A stretch of 64,000 bases of DNA from Mytilus trossulus. Its lineage: Eukaryota. This document shows positions 1-14,200 of this stretch, one piece after another. Every line of letters starts with the position of its first letter. Within the stretch, counting starts at the first letter, position 1. The translations under genes were made by a program, and so were the position numbers. The notes beneath the pieces are model-generated. The model searched no databases and was not told the DNA's origin. It saw only the letters and a list, made by a program, of their open reading frames with translations. The stretch spans positions 2,108,001-2,172,000 of the forward strand of contig NW_026963302.1 in assembly GCF_036588685.1 (NCBI RefSeq), given 5' to 3'.

Positions 1-410
1 TACCCTCGGCGACGAAACGTCCACCAGCAATGGCATCGACCAAGTGGTGTAAATAGTTAGCAAAGGTACTAGAATTATTATTTAGTACGCAAGACGCGCA
101 AATACATTAAAATTATTATTTGCGCATTTGTGAACATGTCATGAATTATAGGATACCAATATTTTGTATATTGAATCCTATACTAAATGTCCGTCAGATA
201 GAATTCACCTGACCCTGAATTTGCCTCATTTCATGGATGAAGATTCATTTTAGTGGTCAAGTTCGTATCGAGGATTCGTTGAGCTTTATGATAACTGTCT
301 GTTGTTATGATTGTAAGGTGTATATTTTCGACTTGTGCAAGGTTTCAACTAACATTGAACTCATTATCACGTATCATTCGGCAATGTTTGTATTATGTTG
401 TTTGGCCTTT

Positions 411-3400
411 TAGTACGGTGACTGAGTAAGGAAAAATCGCTTATTTAAGGAGTTTAATTGTCATTCGAACTATACGGCTATAAATCACAGTATTGGTAGT
501 TCAAATGTTAAACTTAACATTTTTACTTGTCGTCAAAAAATCGTACGGTGCAATTTTCGTAAAATGGGCTTTGAAGTACGTTAGTTTACTTGAACGAAAA
601 ATTGACTAAGAAAAGGTTTAAGGTCAACATTGTAAAATAACATCCATGATATGATTTCTGTTATTATATACATTGTTATTACACCTTATTCATGTTATTT
701 TAGCGATTTCAAATAAAGTTTAGCAAAATGTATTCGTTATTAAAGAGTTTTTGTAAAAGTTTAACACTACAAATACTTTGCATTTATTAGTTTAATTTCC
801 TGATTTTTTTAACGCAAAATGTAAAATATTTAACATTTTTATGATATTTCATACATTTGGGTACCTTTATTAATCAATAGTATCAAGTTCATTTGTCTTA
901 GAAGCACTATTTCAGCAATTCAAGTCAGAAAAAATTCATAACGTTCACATGACATAGACGAAGCTCATATACAGCCTCTTATAGATACAAATACGCAACT
1001 GGTATGTGATGTATTACTTACATTTACATACTGGGATATGTTCCTTAAAGCAGTAAACATTCAGCTGTCAAATGTTAGAGCAGAACGAGAGGGAAATTGG
1101 TCTCCTCCTTGATATCGTCATCTCAAATGTAACATTATATGTTTGTAACTACCCGTACCACACAAAGGTGGATGCCAGTTTACATACTCAATATGCTTCA
1201 ATTTTCTGAGAAAATTCGATCACCTTATATATATGGCTTTTTCCTTTTTTGACATATTCCTGGACATTTTAACAGTACTATGACATGGCAACAGAAAAGA
1301 CCGTTACAAAAGCCTCAAGGGGATTAGGTGGCACTGTAGGCATAACAAATCAAAAGTCTGCACTTGTTAAGTGAACCCATACTAGACATTTAATAGAATC
1401 CATTAGTCGTGTAATGCTGAAAAGGGATGGAATTGCTGCAAATTATGCAAATTCACAAATAGAAACAAAGCCAACAGCAATCGAAAGAGACGAAGAACAA
1501 ATTATTGTCACTGTGAACCATCTAAATGATTCATGACTGATCCCTTTGGTGTGGAATCCCACACTCAATGATTTATCAATATCTCTTCTTAAATGCATGC
1601 TTCAAGACATATTCGAGGTTTTTTGCTCACAGTTGTCGAGGAAGGCTTGAACATGTCTAAACATTTTATCACTAGTGCTCTTTCTTAAGATCACAAGGAG
1701 TTTTATAGTCCAATATCAAATTCAAACATAAACCTTAAATATAAATCGGGGGAAATACTTTCAGGTCGCATAAATACATAACTTGTGATTAGATGTGCAC
1801 TGATTTCGGCAAAATGTAAAGATGATGTTATCATAGAACATGTGTTGTCGCACCCATTCCATCATCCCCTTTTCAAAATGACGGCACCATGAGAAAATCA
1901 TGCAAGTCGGATTTTGTGAAGCAATTCGAATCTAAAGTCTCTTGCGCACTTTAAACAAAAATTCCCTACCTTCCTTTATACCATCATGATGAAGCACAAC
2001 TTACATCAGATATTGTATGGCATTGGTTCAATTTATTAACGCTAAGAAAGGTAAAACATACGGCAACCTTGCAGCTGGCTATTAAAAATATATGTCCCAA
2101 TGAATTTCTATGGCGCACATAGTAGCACATGGTTTTGACCGCTACGACACGAACAACTCTTTAAGTCTGCCGAAAGGAAACGCCGCACAGAGACTACAGC
2201 TTCCATCAAAGTGTATCAGATTATAGAACAGAGAAGTATTCCTGACTGGAAAACTTTGAAAAATCCCATGAGATTCCACCTGATGTGAGCTTTACATAGT
2301 CAGAACGTTTGTTAATTCCAAAATTGTCAAAATTATTTAAACCAACACTGTTCATGGCTGTCGTAACTTTTTCAGCATGCAAGATAAGTCCTATACCCAA
2401 TGCTTTAAACTTTGACACGGAGTTTAGGAAAATGTGAAAGTGTCGAAAAACAATCATACGGACCTCTTATACAGTTGTAATTGTTCTGTGTGTTCGCTAC
2501 TATGAAAATAGGGCACATACAAGCGAGTTGTGGTTGCAGATGTGGAACATTAGCAGTGTAAATGATGGGCGGAGAATTTCACCCATTCAATAACTATGTG
2601 TTTGTCAATCAATTTGTAAACTATTGCCTGCTGCACATGTTCTTACCGGATGCGACGCACATTCGTCTCTGTTTGGAGTAGGTATACAAACTGTCTACAA
2701 GGCTTCGAAGAACACGCACGACTATTTCAGTAGTTTTTAGAGTTTCGGTAATATTGACAATGATGAAGCCCTTGTTTTGGCATGAAAGATAATTTTTAAA
2801 GGTTTATGATGAGAACTATCTCTATGTTATTGTCAGGTTACCTTCCTGCGAGAAGGCACTGAAACAGTATGTTTTACGTACTTCGTTTCAAACTACAAAT
2901 TTAGACCGCATTACACATTGCTACACCCCTATCCGATTACCTTTAGAATACGGTTGGCGAGAGTAAAATGATGCATTACACACCGTGTATTTTAAAGAGC
3001 ATATTTCAACAGAATATTTGCAGGATATTGTGTCTTCATTGAAAGGAATATCTGCAGTCATGTGTTTGTTCACTACAAAACCTTACATATCCGGGGCTTT
3101 GATCCTGTAAAGGGTCAGAATTATGTAGAAATTTCAAATCATGTTCCTTGACAATTAATCAGAAGATATAATTCTGTTGTGTGGACCTTTTTTTATTGGA
3201 ATGTTGAATTGTTACTATTTTCGAAGTATTGAGTGCTTTTTAGTTTCAATAAATTTCATTTATGATCTTATGCTAAATATGTCTTCAAGACAGTAGGATG
3301 CAGGTAAAAATAATATTTGTCATTTTTTGATGAGGTTGAATGTCAGCCCGCAAGGTTACTACTGTTATTTTAACAAAATATGTGTAGAATCTAAATAGTT

Positions 3401-3614
3401 GTATATTTCTTCAAATTTTTTAAGTATGGAACAAAAAAATAAAAACAGAATTTGATCTTTGACCTCATTTTATGCAAAACTGTTACCACATTTCTTTTTG
3501 ACGACATCGATATTTCAATAGTACTCATTTTTCCGAATCCAATGATATATAATATAGCCATATAGTGTGTTTGACGATTAAATCTAAAAAACAATGGTTC
3601 TCGTCACCGTACTA
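411..3614 (+). mobile_element. Decayed AcademX-type DNA transposon (Academ transposase + XPG-like nuclease relic)
   Basis: Termini TAGTACGGTGAC (411) and GTCACCGTACTA (ends 3614), imperfect inverted similarity over about 90 bp (tttaattgtca..actatacggctata vs reverse complement tttaatcgtca..actatatggctata), TTT on both flanks. Broken-frame peptides typical of Academ proteins: RAEREGNW (~1077), RWMPVY, DMATEKTV..GLGGTVGIT (~1282-1345), GFDRYD (~2131), HVLTGCDAHSSLFGVG (~2636-2683), PLEYGW (~2940). Confidence 0.82.
1020..3130 (+). pseudogene. Academ transposase/XPG pseudogene with many stops and frameshifts
   Basis: Collinear conserved motifs on the + strand but no long ORF in the six-frame track. 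Confidence 0.75.
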
Positions 3615-4350
3615 TTTTGAATATATACATTTTGTGCCTGTATGCTATAGCGACAAGGTGTTTCGTGTATGGTGTATATGTCTGTCTGCATGTTTCTTAT
3701 ATGACCATGATGGCTTCAATTGTGTTTGATTTATTAAATGATAGTTAGATGTCTATGCCTGGCTGTCAGTCAGGGTTCATATACTTTTGACCTTATGTTC
3801 CGAATTAATTGGCCAAGCATAACTTTTACAATTGTCAGTTTCTAAGGCACTGTAAGGATCGGACCACATTTATTTGGTGTACGGGATATTTGTAGAGATC
3901 TGTATGGCATCGTTCATCTGACCATGACCTTTTTTATGAATTATTGACAATATTAAGTGCACTTGACACTTCTAGTAAAACCCTTGATATTATAGACGTT
4001 CAACAAATATACTATCATAAGTAAAGAAAACAAGACATTACAGCATTTGCGCTTTGGTATTCTATAGTATGTCCTATATACAAGTAGTTAAATCAATCTT
4101 TATCTGCGTTGTTGATAAAGAACTTAAAATGTTCTGTTGCACAAAATGTTGGTTATCGTTCAATCAAAAATTACACATGAAATGTCCTTTTTTGCTATGA
4201 TTTTTTGTTTGATGGATAACAAAACATTTGGTTTAAACGTTGCATATCCATATTATTTGCTACTTAGTGTCGGTATGCCTGGAGTGCACATTCCGATTCA
4301 CAGAGCTGAATCTTTCACACTTATTTAGACACGTTATTAGTTTGTTTTTT

Positions 4351-6130
4351 TTAGCTCACCTGGCCTTAAGGGCCAAGTGAGCTTTTCTCATCACTTGGCG
4401 TCCGTCGTCGTCGTCAGTCGTCGTTAACTTTTACAAAAATCTTCTCCTCTGAAACTACTGTGCCAAATTAAACCAAACTTGGCCACAATCATCATTGGGG
4501 TATCTAGTTTAAAAAATGGGTGGCCTGACAAGAATTTCAGATAAATCCGACAACCTGTTGTTGGGTTGCTGCCCCTAAATTAGTAGTTTTAGAAAAGAAT
4601 TTGCTGATTTTGGTTATTATCTTGAATATTATAAAGATAGAGATAAACTGTAAACAGCAATAATGTTCAGCAAAGTAAGATTAACAAATAAGGCAACATG
4701 ACCAAAATGGTCAGATGACCCCTTTAGGAGTTATTGCCCTTTATAGTCAATTTTAACCATTTTTCGTAAATCTTAGTAATCTTTTACAAAAATCTTCTCC
4801 TCTGAAACTACTGGGCCAAATTAAACCAAACTTGGCCACAATCATCTTTGGAGTATCAAGTATTAAAATTGTGTGGCATGACCCGGCCAACCAACCAAGA
4901 TGGCTGCAACGGCTAAAAATAGAACATAGGGGTAAAATGTAGTTTTCGGCTTAGGGTGCAATCAATAGTTTATTTCTATGACGTCATATTTTGAGGGACC
5001 ATCTATAATTGACCCTTAGTGGTGTTAATGTTAATGAAGATACTTGTATAAAACTAGATATCTTTAGAATCAGAATTTTCTCTAGTGTATAATGAAATAA
5101 AAATAAATTGTACTTTTAATAGTACCAAAAAGTTTTATCCAGAGAAAATGGGAAAAACATTGCCTAATCTATGCATAAAAAACATGAAATCAGGCCATTT
5201 GCACACCCATGCAGACATGATACATGCACATTTTTCATATTCAAAACTGTATGAATTTCATAGGTTTTTACCTAGTCTTTCTAAAAATTTATGCTTCAGG
5301 CTACGTTCGCCTGCTCCGAAAAGAGCTACAGTGGGTGCAAATAAGTTTTGCACTTTTCACTGCCAAAAAAACAGGATGTTTACAGTTTGTCTCCCCTTAA
5401 AACATGTGTATTTAATCTAAATTTTAAAAATTATTTTAATCATTCAACCTGTTTTAATTGAAGCTAATTAACTTATTTTTACAATCAAATATAAAAAACA
5501 TGATACTTTTTTTACCAATTATGTTGATAAAAAGGGACTTCCCTCCAAGTCTATTTTTAGTCGGGGAATAGTTTTTTATACGAAACTGTTTATAGCACCC
5601 TTATAACTCAAAAACCAAAGAATAAAGAGCAAATCTGACATGCCGTAAATTTTTTCATCAGGTGAAGATCTATCTGCCTTGAAATTTTCAGTTGGATCGG
5701 ACAACCTGCTGTTAAGTTGCTTCTCCTGAATTGGTTATTTTAAGGAAATTTTGCGGTTTTTTTGGTTATTATCTTGAATACTATTATAGATAGAGATAAA
5801 CTGTAAACAACAATAATGTACAGCAAAGTAAGACCTAAAAATAAGTCAACATGACCAAAATGGTCAATTGACCCCCTAAGGAGTTATTGTCCTTAATAGT
5901 CAATTTTCATAAAATTTGTAAATTTTTACTAACATTTCCAACTGAAACTACTGGGCCAAGCTCATTATAGATAGAAATAATTGTAAGCAGCAAGAATATT
6001 CAGTAAAGTAAGATGTACAAACACAACCCCATCACCAAAATACAATTTTGTCATGAATCCATCTTCTTCCTTTGTTTAATATTCACATAGACCAAGGTGT
6101 GCGACACAGGCTCTTTAGAGCCTCTAGTTT
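4351..6130 (+). mobile_element. Non-autonomous Helentron-associated (HINE/DINE-like) element with internal tandem core repeats
   Basis: 5' inverted pair agctcacctggcc..ggccaagtgagct, (CGT)n microsatellite, repeated core blocks (ttttacaaaaatcttctcctctgaaactactg; tttggttattatcttgaata..atagagataaactgtaaac), 3' ccaaggtg sub-terminal repeat plus palindrome aggctctttagagcct, T-rich flanks. Confidence 0.75.
4954..5600. mobile_element. PIF/Harbinger (Tourist-like) MITE nested in the HINE
   Basis: Imperfect TIRs GGGTGCAATCAATAGTTT / AAACTGTTTATAGCACCC; TTA duplicated at 4951-4953 and 5601-5603. Confidence 0.75.
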
Positions 6131-9100
6131 AACTTTCGAGGCAAAGTGTTGATTAGTAAAAAAGATAATAGCTTTAATGATCATCCTTATCAAAATAGTT
6201 ACAACCTTCAACCACTTGCAGATTTATCAAATGATAAAAGAAATACTGATTTCTGATTACTAGTATTGAGTCTGGTCACGCATTTTCTTTCACGATCGAA
6301 ATAATACGTTGCCTGATCCTTCACGATCAAGTTTGATGGAAATTCAACAAATCCAAGGTTTTTATAAACAAATTAACGCTTTTAATGGAAGAACATACTT
6401 TAATTTTACTGTACTATCAGATACCACAAAGAATAAATTTCCAATATATCATGATATTCTGAAATATGACAATTATAGGTACAAAAAGCGTGTTATTTGT
6501 AATTAATTTCATAGACACGCATTGCGCCTTTTGTGTTTTTTCAAAAAGTACTTCAAATTTTCTTTATCTTCTTTCACAGTTTTATATGTTGAGTAATTTA
6601 AACCATTCTGACAGACATATTTTTTTGTTCGGATTTGTTCCGCGTTTTAAAAATTAAGCGATTTTTTTCAAAGATTCTGAACTAGAATGTACATTAAATG
6701 TCTTTCACGATCCGTTACCAGAACTTTCACGATCGTCTCTCAATACTTGACCGCCGTTGAATATTCTTTCACGATCATTTCTCTCGATAAACCGAATGAC
6801 ACCCGTGTAAGCCCTTTTTAACTGATTTTTTAAGTTTGTTCTTGTGCCTGTCATGATTCTGTGGTTACGGGGCTGACGTTAGTTCATGTTTGTCATATTT
6901 TTTTCTGTTAAATTACATTTTTTTTTTTACACAAGGGCGTTAGTAACCCGTGACTGATATTTTGCGATATCGACATGTAAAAAACTCATAATTTCATATA
7001 TATCACATTAAAAACTAGACCGAAAAAATGTATATTGACTGTTTACCTAGAGATGTTTAGTTTCGTAATACAAGTTAATTAAAAAAGTATGTGATAATTC
7101 CCACGAAAAGTTGACGCACCGGTAGACTTTAACAAAAGCTCTTTTTTTATCCAGGAAATGAAGTTAAAACAGCTAATGTTCACATTCTGACAATCATTAT
7201 GTCGTTTCTGACACTTTATTTATCAGAGGTATGGAATGACGTCTTACGATCGATAAAACAGTTCTCGCAGCAATCAATTATTCATAAATAGATATCATTT
7301 GTATTGACGTGATAAATCTTTGAATTTAAAATGCTATATAAAATCTTTACAATCAGGCAGACTAATGGTTAAAACAAAATAGTCTTTTACGTCTATAGTA
7401 CTAACAATACTTCCTCAGATTGTTTTAAGAATTAATAATTCATTCATATAAAGGAAATTGTTTGAAAGTTTTTTTTATTACCAATATTTCCTTGTTGTAA
7501 TTCTCCAGACTTTTAATTGAGATTTCGAGTTTCAAATTGCAATATCTCTTACAAAAATGTTTGAATTGTTAATGTTTGTCGAAAAAAAGAAACTGAAATT
7601 GATCAATCAGTCTTCGAAGAACATTTTATTGAGATTCGATACCTGTTTTTCTTGAAGTGCCATCAATTAGTTTCAATTTACAACGAAACATTAATTATAG
7701 TAACTCATATCTGTAATAAAAGTGATTATTTGACTGAAAACAAATCACCAGCAGGAATATAACTCATAAAATCGCATAATTTACAAACGAAAAGTGCATT
7801 CAAACACATTTCATCTTTAATCAACTTCAAGAGAACATAAATGTTTTAAACATGAATTTTACTTGATGCTAAAACTCTAAATTTGTCTGCAAAATCAATT
7901 TTTAACACAATTAAATCAAAAGTAGAGTAATATTCAACCCATTGCTTTACATAAAGATGAAAAAAAAAACTGAAAAGCTTTCAGAACACTTTTTATAAAA
8001 GCTGTCAATCACTCCGGAAATTCGAACGCACAGTTGAGCATTAATATGTACATGTATTATGTAGAAACATTTCACATGGGCGATGCTGTCTTAATTTAGA
8101 ACCAAGCTGCGGTTAGAACTGATATTGAGTCCAAATTCCTTTGATTTTTTACCGTAGCTAGAGTCAATTCATATGTTTTGCGTCTGCTTGTGATGCGATA
8201 CGTATAAGGGGATACAGATGTATTACATTTTTCCTGTTTTAAGTTTGTTTGCCTTTTGTGTAACCAATCAGGTAAAGGAAGCGGTGTGATGTAATGTAAA
8301 GGTACACATGAGCAAGAGTTAATTCACTTTTTTTTTAAGTCGCGTCCCATGATGATCATCTGTTTATGATGGGCAGTTCTCTACAATTGTTGGGGTTTGA
8401 AGGACATGACCTAGTTTTCTTCAGATTGTCACAGCATATCTTACTTATTGGAAGGTCAATGTACGAAACCTTTCGAATGTTTCGAATTTCTCCATTGGTC
8501 AAGGTAAAAATAAAAGTGACAGAAGTGTGATTGTACAAAAAGTACATGAAGCCCGCCATAACTTAGCTTCTTCAGTCTGGAAACTCGTTAGTTCAATTAC
8601 AGTTGTCTTTCTATAATCTTCACGCAATGTATTTGACATACCTAGCAGATCTTTAATAGTGTATGTCAAAATAATTCCAAGTCTAACTCGTAAAAAAAAT
8701 GTTATTCCGTAAAACGTTATTTAAATGTTATTTGCTCTTTTATTTTCATTATTTTATTTATGGACATTTTCTAGTCAAAGACGTATCTGACATAAACAGA
8801 CACATTTCGTATTTAATCATCTTTTTTGGGGCAAACCGGAGTGCCTCAGTAAAACAGGCGAAGAGATAGACTTTCTATTATATCATTTTAAACTTTTACG
8901 TGTTTTATATAGAATATTGTGATTTTTATTTCACTTCCGCAATAATTAAATTTCTTTCCGTGTTGATTTCATCGTCTGTCTACACGTAGTTATCATGTTT
9001 CAGCTTTTTAAAAAGCTACAACGCTTTTTATTAGAAGAATATATTCTGATATTAGGGATAATTTTTGAAATGCATACAATCTTCTATCATGATTGATTCA

Positions 9101-11248
9101 CTTTCGTGTTGTGGAGTGCAATTTACAAAAAACAAACTTACGCAGCTTCATTATTATTAAAAGTTCCTTAAGTACATATAATCTGTACCGAGGTCTATGG
9201 AACAATTATTTCGAAACGACGTCTTGCGTGTTCCTGGTATATATAAATCAATCATCTATTAAGAAAGTAAATAACAATTTATCAAAAACCGAAAACGTAC
9301 AAGCAGGAACAATGGTCGGATACTGGTAATGAAGATAAAAATAAAATGCAAAGTAAAAAATAATCAAATTGATATACTACTGCTCAATCTAGATTAATTT
9401 TTAAACATATACCTCATTGGCTGATAAATGTATACGTCTAATCTTTTATATGCTTTTTTTTAAAGAAAATTTAATGTTTTATTGGAAAGAAGAGGGGAAA
9501 GTTTGCTTTATGAAGTAGTGGTGATTGTTATTGTGGCAATAGTATTGGGGTGACGTTAGTGATAATGGTGACGGTGTCGTTGTTTATGTAAATAGTGATG
9601 GTGGTGGTTATTTTGATAATGGTAATGGTGGCGGTGATTTTGCATGTGATAATAAGATAAGATCTGATAAAAAAAAAATCCAATTAAAAATACCTGAAGG
9701 AAATACATGTACGATTTGACTTTTAGATGTGTCGATCCAAAGGCCTTATTTGGTATAACTTTGTGAATTTCTGATTTATAATGTTTTTAATGTCGTATTA
9801 GATTTTGCCTGCTTATTGTCTTATTGAGCGCCACTTACGATTCTTATGTAAAAGAAACGAGTGCCTGGTGTACCGAAATGAGCATAGATTCATTTATAAT
9901 TTTACTCATATATTTCGCGTCAGTTTCATCCAATGGACTAACGGTCTAATCTATATAAACAAAACGAGAAACGAGAAACACGTATATATTACATAAACAA
10001 ACGACAACTACTGTACATTAGATTACATACATATTTAAAGAAAACGCAACTCCCTTTAAAATATCTTCTGTAGACTGGAATAAGTATTTTCAACAAGACT
10101 AAAAGTCTTCGTTAACTGTATCATTTGACCTAATACTTCTCCTCAATACCGTGGCATCTCGCCCCCTTCCCCTAGCCACGCCACTTTACAATTGTATCTA
10201 GTTTAATAATGTATTGTTGGACTTGTTCATGACCTATAAATATGATGAAATGTTTTCCACTATTTTCAATCGAATTACACTTTGATGGCGTAATCAATGA
10301 CATTGGATACGATAGTTTTAATAACAAGCCCTACATTGTAATATTGACATTTGATTTTCGACTTCAAAATAATCCCAAAATACTCAGATCTCATTTCTAT
10401 AAATGATCAAAATCTGTTTTACGGTCGATCTTTTGGTTATTCTAGCACAAGTAATAAACGGGAATGTGAATGTTTAGAATGGAAATTTCATCTAATATGA
10501 CTTGCACTGTACATTTGACAAATTGAAAATACAATTTGGAGAGAGTAATGAATATGAACTATGGCATAACTAACAAACGAAGACAAATGTAGTTTTCAAT
10601 GTGATACATTTGTGTACTTTGATTTGCAAGTTGTATGATTAAGTCACTTGGATATATTCGTATAAGAATTAATGTTGACAATTTTAATCTAGACTTAGTA
10701 GCAAAATAATAACCTCCTGCAAACACTGTTAAACTGGAACCCTACAACCGTTCGCACGTTCTAAGCGGAGACGCTTCTGATTTCAAACTCATAAGAAACG
10801 TTATAGACGTTACGCACGATGTAATTACATTTAATAATGAAAAAAAAATAAAAAAAAAAAAAAATTACCACATAACGTTGTCATTTTCCTCCAAAATTGA
10901 TCATAACTGTACAGGATTTCTATGTAAACTGGTTTGCAATGTTGACTGTGTATTATTTCAAAACAAACCAGCCTCTGCTTATTTTCTACTGGCTGTGTAC
11001 GTCAATTGAACACCCCAATTCCCTTTATGAATATGATGTCACAGATATCTAGTAAAAAGTATCAATATAGAGTCGTGCTCAAAATTTTAGGTGCAGTCAA
11101 CTCGAGTTCTACTAACTTGGGAAAAACATTAACAGAACGTGGCAACGTAAGACATGTTTGTGAGCGCCCAACACTCCACCTTACATGATATAATAGTGTG
11201 ATAGCACAAAACACAAGAAGGACTCATAGATCGTAAATAAACTGACAC

Positions 11249-11380
11249 CATAGGCGGATTTCCTTTTTGGAAAAAAAATTGGCTGCTAATATAGGGAATC
11301 ACTGAAGCTTGACTGGAGCGGGCTCCCTCTTATGTCAGCCAGTGGGCCCCCACTTATGAAAATTTCTGGATCCGCCACTG
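11249..11380. mobile_element. Short GC-rich MITE (CAGTGGCGGATCC-type termini), related copies at ~15768-15927 and ~42590-42676
   Basis: Shared core atagggaatcactgaagc.tgactggagcggg..ccctctta and end ggatccgccactg / gatcagccactg. Confidence 0.55.
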
Positions 11381-13785
11381 GACACAACCTAAGAACAAAC
11401 TGTACAAAACAGTAGGATATGGTATTATTCTTCGGATAAACACGAACTAAAGCATACTTTTAACATAAAGACAAGATATGATACAACGTACTGATATAAG
11501 AGTACTCGCGGTTATTGACATCTACAGAATTTCAAAAACAACTAAAAACTTAGAAATAATCATTTTCTCCCTGACAGAAGTGCCACTCAGTACGTATTCA
11601 ATGGAATTAACTTTTAAGACGTAAAAATAGTCCTAGAGTATATGCGATGTAGTATTCTCGTAAAGACAGAAAGTTGTAAAATGCAGCGAGTATTCTTGAA
11701 AATAAAAGTGGTTAAGCCAAATAACCAAAGAATTTTGATTAAACAAATGTATTGAAAACGCGAAAAAAATCAGTTTATTGAAAATTCATTAACTAAAAAG
11801 CTTCGTCCTCATTATAGACTTAAAGTAAACTATTATAGCCGCATGGAGGTCTTGAACTAGAAAATTAAAATCGTTCTATCTGTGTTCCTTTGAAAATTCA
11901 ATCTCTCATATAAAGTCCTTATACAAATATTTGTTCTCACAAATTAGTAATTGATTTCGAGATTAATCGATTCAGAATGTAAATTTCATTACATCATCTT
12001 ATGTCACATCAAGTACAATATTTAATAATAGTTATTGAAAATATCTTAGATGCTGTGAATTCTCGTGTTACTTGAAGCTTTGGTTTATGTAAACACTAAT
12101 CATATCTATCATTATAATCAAATATAGGTTTGTTTTTATGAATCACAGTCAAGATATGATTGTTCATTTTGCCCGTACCGTCAAATCTCGAATCTTCAAT
12201 TTTCTATCTTCTAATTGGCAGTTGTTTCAATTTTTCATTAGAATCTCATGATTTTCGTGAAAATGCATAATTTGTCATTACATAAATTCGTCACTTTGAA
12301 AATGCATGTCGTGAACTGGCATGTCGTGAACTGAATTAATTGAGGGATTTTAAGAAAAACAAATGACTTCCAAACATGTAATTTTCCAAAATTGACAGGC
12401 AAACACGTTTAGAAGTCAAAATCATTGGTCTTACAATTTCATATGTTGGTTTAACTTTTCAGTTCGTCGTTTTAATACACTTGCAAAAGTTTTCATTGTT
12501 AAACCTTGTATCTATAACAATAGTTTAGTATTAATGATAAGTCTTTTACGTAACAGATACTGATAAAGTCAGTGAAAATAAATATAATTCTAAAAAGATG
12601 TACTTGACTAGCCTCTCTTCTGAACCGTTCTACATGTTCTTGTCATTTTAATATATTTAGTGCAATTTCACAAGCAAGTTTTCCTTAATCAAAAACAATG
12701 AAAAAAAAAATCATATTTCCATTGTGATTTTTAATTTATAATAAGATCAAAATTAGTGCATGTTTTATCAACTGGAATATACATATATTATATACAAGCG
12801 AAATGCAGCAATAAATGACGGAACTGATTAATGTAGTTCCCCACCAGCAGTATCTATTCATTAGTACAATGAATAAAAAACGTCTGATAACATTTTGGAA
12901 TGTTTGAAAAAAGCATCCGCTAAAACAAGTTAAAAGTTACGCTCGAAAACAAAACTCTGGACAGTCCAAAAATAGAAAACGTTTACAAGTGAACATAAAG
13001 AGAGACCAATCAAAACCGTATTTGGTAAACTTTGCTAGAGAGTTGCGGACCCACTTTTAGCACAAGGAATATTTATAACATAAAAGTTATTGAACAGAAC
13101 TATATATCATTTAAATTATGCCTGTTCAAACGTTATTGGATGTTCAGCTGGTACCCTCGAAAACTGATAGTCAACCAGCAGTACTAGATACCTACTTTGT
13201 GGGCGATGTGCATGATACCGATATCTTATTTGAGATAATCGAAAATGTCATCTGTCTAAACGTTGACTTCCTAATGCATATTTCAAATCGTTTGTCTTTG
13301 TTCATTTTAACATATTACGTAAAATCGTTTAAAAATATATTTTATAAAATATGCAATTTCTGTACAAGTCACTGTTTCCAATTTGAACAAATTTTGTGAT
13401 GTAAATTCTAACATAATATATATAAATTGATTATAAATTATCCCGAAATACTAAAATTTGAACATTTTTAAGTATCGTGATAGGATAATATCATACATGT
13501 ATTAAATAGAATAAAATAGCAGAATATGTCTCTATTATAAATGAATTAGAAACTTTATATAGTATATAGTCCAAATAGATTTGATGGGAAATTGCATGAG
13601 ACAATAATCATGATATGGTTTTGATGTAGTGGAATTTGCAAAACTACTTCATTATGATATCTTGGTATTGTCCCCTGCTGCACGAACGAAAGTAGACAAA
13701 CATGTACTTATAATAATTTTGTTCTGTCCGTTTGATTCACAAAACAGCAAAACAGTTATAGTATAAATCCGTTTGCAATAAAGAC

Positions 13786-14200
13786 TTGGGCCTTTTATAG
13801 CTGACTATGCGGTATGGGCTTTGCTCATTGTTGAAGGCCGTATGGTGACCTATAGTTGTTAATGTTTGTTTCATTTTGGTCTTTTGTGGATAGTTAAATA
13901 AAATTGAGAATGGAAATGGGGAATGTGTCAAAGAGACAACAACCCGACCAAATAAAAAAACAACAGCAGAAGGCCACCAACAGGTCTTCAATGTAGCGAG
14001 AAATTCCCGCACCCGGAGGCGTCCTTCAACTGGCCCCTAAACAAATATATACTAGTTCAGTGATAATGAACGCATACTACTAATTTCCAAATTGTACACA
14101 AGAAACTAAAATTAAAATAATACAAGACTAACAAAGGCCAGAGGCTCCAGACTTGTGGATAGTTGTCTCATTGGCAATCATACCACATCTTCTTTTTATA
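13786..14200 (+). repeat. Copy of the abundant SINE-like interspersed repeat, interrupted by a retroelement 3' fragment
   Basis: 13786-13895 and 14153-14200 match the longer copy at ~60730-60872 (ggccttttatagctgactatgcggtatgggc...ttgtctcattggcaatcataccacatcttctttt). Confidence 0.8.
13896..14152 (-). mobile_element. 257-bp 3'-end fragment of the Penelope-like element, with 12-bp target-site duplication
   Basis: Near-identical to ~17479-17736; TTGTGGATAGTT duplicated at 13884-13895 and 14153-14164. Confidence 0.85.

Noticed and set aside
9510-9655. GGT/GAT-rich stretch as a coding exon
   Set aside because: Degenerate trinucleotide low-complexity sequence with no splice or ORF support.
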